A stretch of DNA of 64,000 nt from positions 14,286 to 78,285 of the forward strand of contig JAGNHB010000018.1 of NCBI GenBank assembly GCA_018001935.1, read 5' to 3'. Made by a program: the position numbers and the translations under genes. Origin of the DNA: Acidobacteriota bacterium. Its GTDB lineage: Bacteria > Acidobacteriota > JAAYUB01. Below are positions 29,107-37,259 of this stretch, piece by piece; the first letter of the stretch is position 1, and each line of letters opens with the position of its first letter. The notes beneath the pieces are model-generated. The model saw only the letters and a program-made list of their open reading frames with translations. It ran no database searches and had not been told where the DNA came from.

Positions 29107-31572
29107 TCACTCGTACCGCAGGGCGGCCAGGGGGTCGATGCGGGTGGCGCGGAAGGCGGGGATGTAGCCCGCCAGGAGCCCCACCAGGGCCAGGATGACC
29201 GGGACCGCGACGAACGTGGCGGGGTCGGTGGCGGGGATCCCGAAGAGCATGCTCTCCAGGACGCGGGTCAGGGCGAGCGCACCCGCCAGTCCGAGAACGA
29301 GCCCCAGGGCGATGAGCAGGCCGGCCTGCCCGAGGATGAGCCGGAGGATATCGGCCCCCCGGGCGCCCAGGGCGATGCGGACGCCCATCTCGTGGGTCCG
29401 CTGGGCCACCGAGTACGACATCACGCCGTAGATCCCCACCGCGGAGAGCAGCAGGGCGAGCCCCGCGAAGACCGAGAGGAGCATCATGGAGAAGCGCTGG
29501 GACGCCACCACCTCCGACAGCCGGTCTTCCATCAGGCGGACGTCGGACAGGGCGAGTTCGGGGTCGAGCCGTTTCACTACGGCACGGATCTCGGGGAGGA
29601 ACGTCAGCGGGTCGACGTCGGAGGCCACCACGATCCGCTGGGAGCGGAGGAAGTCGCCGACGGGGAACTCCAGCCAGTCGTCCTGTTCCTGGGCGTAGGG
29701 AGAGTAGGAGCGGGGCTTCGGCTGCAGGTGAAGGGGGCCGTCCTTGACGTCCGCCACCGTCCCTACCACCGTGAGCCACTCCTTTCCCCAGCGAATCCGC
29801 TTCCCGAGCGGGTCCTGCGACGGCCAGTACGCCCGGGCCATGGACTCGCTCACCACGGCCACCGGAACTTGCCCCGCCCGGTCGGCCTCCGTGAAGACAC
29901 GGCCGCGGCGGAGCGGGATCTGCATGGCCTCGAAGTAATCCCCCTGGACCCAGGTCTGGGTGGCGGAGAGGGGGCCCTCCCCCTGGGTCGAATGACCTTC
30001 GACCTCTATGGCGTGCACTTCGCCGATTTCCAGGGGGACGGAGGAAGCGGCGGCCGCCTTGCGGACGCCCGGCAGTTCAGCGGTCCTGGCCAGGACCTGG
30101 TCGTAGAGGTTTCGGATCCTGGGGGCCTTGTCATAGGCATTGTGGGGGAGGGTGAGGGTGAAGGTGAGCACCCGGCGGGCCTTGAAGCCGGGGTCGGTGT
30201 CCAGCAGCCGGAGGAAGCTCCGGACGAGCAGCCCCGCCCCGGTGAGCAGGACCAGCGCCAGGGCCACCTGGACCACCACGAATGCCGATTGGAGCCGGCG
30301 CCGGCCGCGGGAGGCCCCGCCGCTCCGCCCGCCCTCGGCCAGGGCCTCCTGGAAGCTGGTCCGGGAGGCCATGAGGCCCGGGGCCAGGCCGAAAACCAGG
30401 GTGGTCAGGAGGGAGATCCCCAGGGTGTAGAGGAGGACGGTCCCGTCGATGCCGATCTCCTGGGCGCGGGGGAGCCCCTCGGGGACGAGGGAGAGGAACG
30501 CGTCCTTCCCAACGGCGGCCAGGAGGACCCCCAGGGCGCCGCCCAGGACGGAGAGGACCAGCCCTTCCGTCAGCATCTGGCGGACCAGCCTCGCGGGGCT
30601 CGCGCCGAGGGCCCCCCGGATGGCGATTTCCTTGCGGCGGGCCGCGGCGCGGGCCAGGAGCAGGTTCGCCACGTTGGCGCACCCGATCAGCAGGACCAGG
30701 GCCACGGCGGCGAGGAGGATGAACAGGGGGGTCCGGACGTCGCCCACCACCACGGCCTGGAGGGGTTCCACGGACAGGGCGACCCCCGGGAAGACTTCCC
30801 GCAATTTGGCCGGGTAGCTCTCGTCGATCCGCTTCGCCAGGGCGGCGGTTTCCTCCCGGGCGCGTTCCAGCGAGACGCCGGGCTTCAGGCGCCCCACGAC
30901 GCTGTTGTTGAACATGGATCCCTGGGATTCGAATTCCAGGGACGTGAAGGCGATGGGGAAGAACAGTTCCGCGGGCTCGCCGTTGTAAGGGAGACCCTTC
31001 AGGGGAAACTGGACTCCCTCGGGGAGCACTCCCACCACCACGGCGGTGTGCCGGTTCAGGCGGATGGTTTTCCCGACGAGGGCCGGATCGGCGCCGAACC
31101 GCCGCTTCCACAAGCCGTACGACAAGATCACCGCCCCTTCGCCCGGCCGGTCCTCCTCGGCTTGGAACGAACGTCCCCGGACCGGGTTGATCCCCAGCAT
31201 CGGGAAGAGGTTCACCGAGACGCGCGCCCCTTTCACCCGTTCCGGGACCCCGCCCCCGTCGAGATCCACGGTGACGCACTGGAACGCGGCCGTTTCCTCG
31301 AAGCAGGTCTGTTGTTCCTGGAACAGCCGGTAATCGGGCGCGGAGAAGGGGAGTACCGGGAGGTCGGCCTTGGGGATCCCCTCGTTGACGAGGACCAGTC
31401 GCTCGGCGCCGCGAAAAGGGAGCGGCCGGAGCAGGACCGCGTGGACGATGCTGAAGATCACCGTGTTGGCGGCGATCCCCAGCGCGAGGGTGAGGAGGGC
31501 CGCGCCGGCGAAGACGCGGTCCTTCATCAGCATCCGGAAGCCGTATCGAAGGTCTTTGAGCAGCGTGTTCAT
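29107..31572 (-). CDS. ABC transporter permease with duplicated FtsX domain and MacB periplasmic core (ADOP family)
   Basis: 821 aa; two FtsX 4-TM bundles each preceded by a periplasmic MacB_PCD-like domain. Confidence 0.85.
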   Translation of the reverse strand: MNTLLKDLRYGFRMLMKDRVFAGAALLTLALGIAANTVIFSIVHAVLLRPLPFRGAERLVLVNEGIPKADLPVLPFSAPDYRLFQEQQTCFEETAAFQCVTVDLDGGGVPERVKGARVSVNLFPMLGINPVRGRSFQAEEDRPGEGAVILSYGLWKRRFGADPALVGKTIRLNRHTAVVVGVLPEGVQFPLKGLPYNGEPAELFFPIAFTSLEFESQGSMFNNSVVGRLKPGVSLERAREETAALAKRIDESYPAKLREVFPGVALSVEPLQAVVVGDVRTPLFILLAAVALVLLIGCANVANLLLARAAARRKEIAIRGALGASPARLVRQMLTEGLVLSVLGGALGVLLAAVGKDAFLSLVPEGLPRAQEIGIDGTVLLYTLGISLLTTLVFGLAPGLMASRTSFQEALAEGGRSGGASRGRRRLQSAFVVVQVALALVLLTGAGLLVRSFLRLLDTDPGFKARRVLTFTLTLPHNAYDKAPRIRNLYDQVLARTAELPGVRKAAAASSVPLEIGEVHAIEVEGHSTQGEGPLSATQTWVQGDYFEAMQIPLRRGRVFTEADRAGQVPVAVVSESMARAYWPSQDPLGKRIRWGKEWLTVVGTVADVKDGPLHLQPKPRSYSPYAQEQDDWLEFPVGDFLRSQRIVVASDVDPLTFLPEIRAVVKRLDPELALSDVRLMEDRLSEVVASQRFSMMLLSVFAGLALLLSAVGIYGVMSYSVAQRTHEMGVRIALGARGADILRLILGQAGLLIALGLVLGLAGALALTRVLESMLFGIPATDPATFVAVPVILALVGLLAGYIPAFRATRIDPLAALRYE

Positions 31573-31639
31573 GGGATTCCCCTTGATTTCAGTGTTCGGC
31601 GATTCGGTGGCGCGAGAACGAAGTCAGGAGTCAGGAGGA

Positions 31640-31815
31640 AGAGGAGGGATGGGAATAGTGGGAGTTATGGGAATTCTGGGAGTTGTCAAGATGTGGGAGG
31701 AAAGGGGAGAGAAAGGGGCAAGAAGAGGCAAGAACCCCCCAGGCTCCCGCAATTGCCACGAATCCCATAATTCCCATAACTCCCATCATTCCCATCATTC
31801 CCATTCTCCCCTCAC
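31640..31815. repeat. inverted pair of 9-nt tandem arrays (GGGAATGAT/GGGAGTTAT versus CCCATAATT/CCCATCATT) between the ATPase and permease genes
   Basis: gggaatagtgggagttatgggaattctgggagttg ... cccataattcccataactcccatcattcccatcattccc. Confidence 0.85.
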
Positions 31816-31828
31816 CCTGCGCCAACCC

Positions 31829-32530
31829 TCAGTGCCCCCCTCGTGTCTCCTCCACGATCCGGCCGTCGAACAGGTGGATGACCCGGCCAGAGGCGGCGGT
31901 ATAACGGGGGTCGTGGGTCACCATGCAGATGGTGGTCCCTTCCGCGTTGAGCTGGTGCAGCAGGTTCATCACCACCTCGCCGTTCTTGGAGTCCAGGTTC
32001 CCGGTGGGCTCGTCCGCCAGCAGGATCTGGGGCTTGCCCGCCAGCGCCCTCGCCACGGCGGCGCGCTGCTGCTGCCCGCCCGAGAGCTGGGAGGGGTAGT
32101 GCTTCACCCGGTGGGCCAGTTCGACCCGTTCCAGGGCCTCCAGGGCGCGTTTCCGGCGCTCCGCCGCCGGCATCCCCCGGTAGGTGAGGGGAAGCTCCAC
32201 ATTCTCGAGGATGGTGAGGTCGCCGATGAGGTTGAAAGCCTGGAAGATGAAGCCGATCTCCCGGTTTCGGATACGGGCCCGCTCCCGGGCGCCCAGGTCG
32301 GACACCGCGTGGCCGTCGAGGAGGTAGGTCCCCTCCGTGGGGGAATCGAGGAGTCCCAGGAGGGACAGCAGGGTGGACTTCCCGCAGCCGGAGGGGCCCG
32401 CGATGGAGAGGTAGTCCCCCGGGCGGATTTCCAGGTGGATCCCCGCCAGGGCGTGGGTCTCCACCTCGTCGGTGTAGAAGACCTTGCGGATGTTCTCGAG
32501 CTTGATCAGGGATCTGCCGTTGTCGTTCAT
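31829..32530 (-). CDS. ABC transporter ATP-binding protein (MacB/LolD type)
   Basis: Walker A GPSGCGKST, Q-loop, signature LSGGQQQRAAVARAL, Walker B LLADEPTGNLD; ATG at 32530 with GGAGG RBS; the upstream ORF extension is spurious. Confidence 0.9.
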   Translation of the reverse strand: MNDNGRSLIKLENIRKVFYTDEVETHALAGIHLEIRPGDYLSIAGPSGCGKSTLLSLLGLLDSPTEGTYLLDGHAVSDLGARERARIRNREIGFIFQAFNLIGDLTILENVELPLTYRGMPAAERRKRALEALERVELAHRVKHYPSQLSGGQQQRAAVARALAGKPQILLADEPTGNLDSKNGEVVMNLLHQLNAEGTTICMVTHDPRYTAASGRVIHLFDGRIVEETRGGH

Positions 32531-32539
32531 GATATGTTC

Positions 32540-32925
32540 CTCCACTCGGAGCTGTTTTTCGATGGGCATGGGATGTTTATCGGAGTCGGAAAAGGACGAA
32601 AGGACCAAAAGGACCAAAAGGACCAAAGGGACGGCAAGAACCGAAAAACATGAAAGATATGAAAGACATGAAAGACATGATCCCCAACCTCCAGCCCTGG
32701 CCTTCCGCCTTGTGTCTGCAACATCTTTCCGCCTCGTGTCTCCGACAAGCCTTCCGCCTCGTGTCTCCCGCAAACCTTCCGCCTGTTTCCCTTGCGATGC
32801 CGATTGCGATGCCGATTGCGACTGCGATTGCGACTGCGATTGCGATACCGATACCGATACCGATTCCGACCCCGATGGGAAGATCCCCGGACCTTCAGCC
32901 TAACAGCCTTCAGCCTAACAGCCTA
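32540..32925. repeat. composite repeat element: AAAGGAC x5, ATGAAAGAC x3, approximately 21-nt CCTTCCGCCTCGTGTCTCC x3-4, GATKGCGA/GATACC hexamer array, CCGATGGGAAGATCCCCGGACC linker, TTCAGCCTAACAGCC x2
   Basis: read directly; fills the whole 390-bp spacer between macA and the ATPase gene; the macA TAG stop lies in the terminal cagcctac. Confidence 0.9.
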
Positions 32926-34176
32926 CTTCAGCTGTATCCGGTCCGCGTCGCCCAGGCGGGCCGTGTCGGAGAGGATCACCCGGTCGCCGGGGTTGAGGCC
33001 GCGAACCACCTCGATGGTGTTGACGGAGGTGCGGCCGAAGGTGACGGGAACCCGGACGGCAACCGTGCCGTCCCCCTCGAGGCGGAAGACGCTCGCCGTG
33101 CCGTTCTCCTGGGCGTAGGCGGGTCGGCCGACGTACACCACGTCGTCGAGGCGGACGATCTCCACGGTCCCGTCCACGCTGAGGTCGGGGCGCGCACCCT
33201 TGGGCAGTTCACCCTCGAGGGCGATGTCGAGGGTCACCGTGCCGTTGCGGACGGCGGGGTCGATCCGGGCCACGCGCCCGGGGATGACGCCGTTGCGGGT
33301 GTCCACCGTGGCGGGCTGGCCCACGGCCACGTCGCGGGCCTCGGTTTCCCGGACCTTGATCTCGGCCTTGAGCCGGCCGGGGTTGGCCACCCGGGCCAAA
33401 TTGGCGCCGGCGACTACCTGCTGGCCGACTTCCACGGGGACCTCCTGGATCACGCCGTCGATGCCGGCCCGCACCCGCAACGCGGCCAGTTGCTCCTCCC
33501 GGATCCGGCACTGGGCGCGGACCTGTTCAACCCGGGCGCGCTGGACCTCCAGCTGGGCCTTCATGGCGTCGGCGCCGATGGCCAGCCGCTTGACCTCGAT
33601 GGCGTGGCGGGTGTTGAGTTCCTCGGCCCGGAGGCGGGAGCGCTTGAGCTCGACGTCGGAGATGAGACCGTCCCGGGAAAGCTCGGAATTCACGTCGGCC
33701 TGCAGCTTGGCCTGGCTGAAGTCGGACAGGGCGCTGGCCTCCACCGCCTGCTGGGTCAACCGCTGGCTCTCCAGCTGGACCTGCAGGTTGTTGAGTTCCG
33801 CCAGGGAGGCTTTGAGCTGCATCCGGGCGTCCACGACGGTCTCCTCGAGTTCGGGGTTGCTCAGGACCAGGATCTCGGTGTCGGCGCTCACCCGCGCCCC
33901 CGGTTTCACCAGGATCCGCACCACCCGCCCGGACGTCAGGGCCGGGACCAGGGCGACTTCCTCGGTGACCAGGGTGCCCACGCCGCGGACCTGCCGCAGC
34001 ATCCGCCCGCGCTGGACGGTGTCGATCCAGACGGACGCCCTTTCCACCGAGGGAACCGCGGGTTTCATCCGCAGCACGAACCACGCCCCCGCGGCCACGG
34101 CGCCTCCCACCAGGAGGAAAACGGCGATCTGCCGAATCCGCTTCTTCGCCTTTGCCGGTCGATGTTGAATGTCCAT
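32923..34176 (-). CDS. HlyD-family periplasmic adaptor (MacA-like membrane fusion protein)
   Basis: N-terminal TM, long coiled-coil region, beta-barrel and MP domains. Confidence 0.85.
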   Translation of the reverse strand: MDIQHRPAKAKKRIRQIAVFLLVGGAVAAGAWFVLRMKPAVPSVERASVWIDTVQRGRMLRQVRGVGTLVTEEVALVPALTSGRVVRILVKPGARVSADTEILVLSNPELEETVVDARMQLKASLAELNNLQVQLESQRLTQQAVEASALSDFSQAKLQADVNSELSRDGLISDVELKRSRLRAEELNTRHAIEVKRLAIGADAMKAQLEVQRARVEQVRAQCRIREEQLAALRVRAGIDGVIQEVPVEVGQQVVAGANLARVANPGRLKAEIKVRETEARDVAVGQPATVDTRNGVIPGRVARIDPAVRNGTVTLDIALEGELPKGARPDLSVDGTVEIVRLDDVVYVGRPAYAQENGTASVFRLEGDGTVAVRVPVTFGRTSVNTIEVVRGLNPGDRVILSDTARLGDADRIQLK

Positions 34177-34339
34177 GTCTCACCCCCGCACGTCTCAATA
34201 CGCAGATCCCGTGCCAAAAACCGGGCATCGACCCCCTCTCTCGGCCGCCGTCAAATTCCGGGTTCAGACCGCCTCCGCCACCCGAAGTTCTCTAAATGTG
34301 AAAAACGTGAAGTTTAGACAATCGATCCCGCCTTCTGCG

Positions 34340-34389
34340 CCTTCTGTGTATTCTGCGGTCCCAGGCCGCGGAATACGCAGAACATACGG
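34340..34389. repeat. closely spaced inverted pair of the GCAGAATACGCAGAACA motif (hairpin, no ORF between)
   Basis: ccttctgtgtattctgcggtccc-agg-ccgcggaatacgcagaacatacgg. Confidence 0.7.
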
Positions 34390-34662
34390 AAAGCGATTCG
34401 CCTGCGAACGGGGACTCCGCCGGAAGGGGTGTCCGGTTCCGGGACGGGCTGTCCCGAAAGCGGACACTTTCTGGGGGCCCTCCCGCAAACTCTTCGATTT
34501 TCGGGGCCGTCTCCGGGTATAATAGGCCCGTAGGATCGATCGAAAAGGGGGGGAATGCCCGGGGGCCGGGCCGTTCAAGGTTTGGAACCGCCCCGGGTCG
34601 TGGGGCGGGCGGTCCTGGATCGCCCGGTTGCCCGTGTCCACCCCCTCGGGTCAGGATGGTTT

Positions 34663-36834
34663 ATGCCCCAGGTCGGCGACATGATCCGGGAGTACCAGCT
34701 GGAGGCCTTCGTCGGAAAGGGCGGGATGGCCACGGTCTGGAAGGCCCGCCAGACGCTGCTGGACCAGGTCCGGGCCATGAAGGTCATGTCCGAGGTCCTG
34801 GCGGCGGACGAGGGCTTCGGGCAGCGGTTCCGGGCCGAAGCCCAGAACATGGCCCGGCTCGATCACCCCAACGTCCTGTCCATCCACGAGTTTTTCGTCG
34901 AGCGGGGGCTGCACTGCATCGTCATGCCGTTCATCGACGGGGAGTCCCTGGAGGCGCACCTCCGCCGGGGCGGCCCCATGGCGGCGCCGGACGTGGCGCG
35001 GTACGCCCTGCCCGTCCTCAACGCCCTGGATTTCGCCCACGAGCGGGGGCTCGTCCACCGGGACGTCAAGCCGTCCAACATCCTGCTGGACCGGGCGGGG
35101 AAACCCCTGCTCGCCGACTTCGGGATCGCCCTCATGCTGGGCGAGGAGCGCCGGACCCGGACGGGGGCGTCCATCGGGACGCCCCACTACATGAGCCCCG
35201 AGCAGATCTTCCGCCCTCGTCTCGTGGACCGGCGCTCGGACGTCTACGCTTTCGGGTGCGTGATCTACGAGATGCTGGCGGGGCGTCCGCCCTTCATCCA
35301 GGAGGAGGGGGAGTCCACCGAAACGGTGATGCTCAAGCACGAGACCCGGCCGGTGGAACCGCCCGGGCGGTGGAACCCCGGCATCCTGCCGGGCGTCGAG
35401 GCCGTGGTGCTCCGGGCCCTCGCCAAGAAACCCGACGAGCGCTTCCCCACCTGCGCGGAGTTCGCCCGGGCCCTGGCCCGCGAGGCCCGGCCCGCTTCAC
35501 GTCACAACGGGGCCACCATCGTGAAGCCCTCCTCCGCCTTGGCGGCCACCGTCGTCACGCCGCCCCGTCTGCCGACCCCGCCGCCGGTCGCACCGGCCGG
35601 CCCGCCGCCTTGGCCGTCGCCGTCAATGACACCCCCGCCGCCGACCGTCCCGCCGCCGCCGATGACCCCCCCGCCGCTGCAGGGAACGGCGATGGGGGCC
35701 CAGGTCCCGAGCCCGCCGGAGGTGAGCCCCACGATCCGCGACCCTCGTGCCGCCCCCGCCCTTCACCCCGGCGTGCCGGCGGCGATGAAGCGGGCCTCCC
35801 CGGTCCCCCTGGTCGGCGCAGGTCCCCCGGAGACCACCCTTTCGACCCGGGCCGCGCCCCCCGTCCGCCGCGGCCGGGTCAAAGCCCTGGCCTGGTCGGC
35901 GGCGGCTCTGGCGATTGTCCTGGGCATAGTCTTCTTCTTCGTGTTCAGGCCCGGCGGACAGGCCGGCGCCCCCGCTGCGCCCGAGGCTTCGCCCGCCACG
36001 GGGACCGCCGTTCCCGCCGCCGGCCCGTCCGTCGCCGACGCGACCCTCTTCCCGGAAGCGGGCAGGCCGTTCCGCAACTCCCTGGGGATGGTCTTCGTCT
36101 GGGTCGGGCCCGGCGCCTTCAAGATGGGGTCGGAGGAGGACCCCAACGAGGGCCCCCCCCACGCGGTCCGCCTCACGAAACCCTACTTCCTCCAGACCAC
36201 GGAGGTCACCGTGGACCAGTTCCGCCAGTTCGCCCTGGCGGCCGGGTACCGCTCCGAGGCGGAAGTGAGCGGGACGGGTTTCGCCAGCAACGGCAAGGAC
36301 TGGGTCCCCACCGCCGGGGTGTCCTGGCAGAGCCCCGGCTTTCCCCAGAGCGGACAGGACCCGGTGGTCTGCATCACCTGGAACGACGCGCGGGCCTTCT
36401 GCGAGTGGCTGTCGCGGAAAGAGGGCCGGGTCTACCGGCTCCCCACGGAGGCGGAGTGGGAATACGCCTGCCGGACGGGCGCCCCGACCCGCTGGCCCTT
36501 CGCGGGGGACGAGTCCCAGCTCCCGTCCCACGCCTGGTACACCGCCAACGCCCAGGGCCGGACCCACCCCGTGGGGTCCCTCAAGCCCAATGCCTGGGGT
36601 CTTCACGACATGCTGGGGAACGTCTGGGAGTGGTGCGGGGACTTCTACACCGACGTCTACCCGTCCGACCAGGCGGCGACGGACCCCGCGGGCCCCGCGA
36701 CCGGCGACCGGCGGGCGATCCGGGGCGGCGGCTGGGCCGACGGCCCTTCGGACCTCCGGCCCGCCACCCGGTGGGGGTTGCCCCCCACCGACCCCGACAA
36801 CGACACGGGCTTCCGCGTGGTGCTCGTGCCGTGA
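34663..36834 (+). CDS. Ser/Thr protein kinase fused via Pro-rich linker and TM helix to an FGE-sulfatase (SUMF1/formylglycine-generating-enzyme-like) domain
   Basis: kinase motifs GKGGMATVWKA, HRDVKPSNILL, DFGIA, SPEQ; C-terminal FGE-domain hallmarks RGGGW and GFRVV; alternative start at 34681. Confidence 0.85.
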   Translation: MPQVGDMIREYQLEAFVGKGGMATVWKARQTLLDQVRAMKVMSEVLAADEGFGQRFRAEAQNMARLDHPNVLSIHEFFVERGLHCIVMPFIDGESLEAHLRRGGPMAAPDVARYALPVLNALDFAHERGLVHRDVKPSNILLDRAGKPLLADFGIALMLGEERRTRTGASIGTPHYMSPEQIFRPRLVDRRSDVYAFGCVIYEMLAGRPPFIQEEGESTETVMLKHETRPVEPPGRWNPGILPGVEAVVLRALAKKPDERFPTCAEFARALAREARPASRHNGATIVKPSSALAATVVTPPRLPTPPPVAPAGPPPWPSPSMTPPPPTVPPPPMTPPPLQGTAMGAQVPSPPEVSPTIRDPRAAPALHPGVPAAMKRASPVPLVGAGPPETTLSTRAAPPVRRGRVKALAWSAAALAIVLGIVFFFVFRPGGQAGAPAAPEASPATGTAVPAAGPSVADATLFPEAGRPFRNSLGMVFVWVGPGAFKMGSEEDPNEGPPHAVRLTKPYFLQTTEVTVDQFRQFALAAGYRSEAEVSGTGFASNGKDWVPTAGVSWQSPGFPQSGQDPVVCITWNDARAFCEWLSRKEGRVYRLPTEAEWEYACRTGAPTRWPFAGDESQLPSHAWYTANAQGRTHPVGSLKPNAWGLHDMLGNVWEWCGDFYTDVYPSDQAATDPAGPATGDRRAIRGGGWADGPSDLRPATRWGLPPTDPDNDTGFRVVLVP

Positions 36835-37011
36835 CGGCCCGGGCGGCGAGGGGTGCGGGCCCGGCCGGCTGGCCCCGGCGACGTAAACCGGGACGGGGGC
36901 CGGGAGGGGTCCGGGCGATTTTTCGGGAATCGGGGCAGGGCGTGAATCCCTGACCGGTCACCGGCCGTATCTGTAAAACGGGGTGGCGGTTGGGCCGACG
37001 GGAAACCCGTC

Positions 37012-37080
37012 AGCGCCGCGCGCGTAGGCAAGCGGTTGAAGATTTTGCAGTTGCCACCATTTCTCGGTCGCGGCTCCGTT
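37012..37080. promoter_or_regulatory. copy of the GCCGCGCGCGTA(A/G)GCAAGCGGTT(G/A)AAG motif with downstream inverted arm GGTCGCGGCTC
   Basis: cagcgccgcgcgcgtaggcaagcggttgaag ... tctcggtcgcggctccg; compare 52911-52940 and the 15470-15600 tandem copies. Confidence 0.5.
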
Positions 37081-37181
37081 TTGCCGCGGTAACTTTCGGG
37101 CCTGCAATAGCCCGGATTCTGATCTCACTGAGGCAGGGAGACACGGGGAAGAACCCTTACGATTGTTGAGCCCGTCAGATC

Positions 37182-37215
37182 CGATTCGCATTTCTCCGTG
37201 CCTCCGTGAGAGATG
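37182..37215 (+). promoter_or_regulatory. conserved 32-bp motif CGATTCGCATTTCTCCGTGCCTCCGTGAGAGA, 47-78 nt upstream of the sensor-kinase start
   Basis: 30/32 identity to the reverse complement of 17138-17169, which sits at a similar distance upstream of another gene. Confidence 0.5.
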
Positions 37216-37259
37216 AATACGCTTTACCGGGCCGTCAGACTGACTCGACAGGGGCGCCG

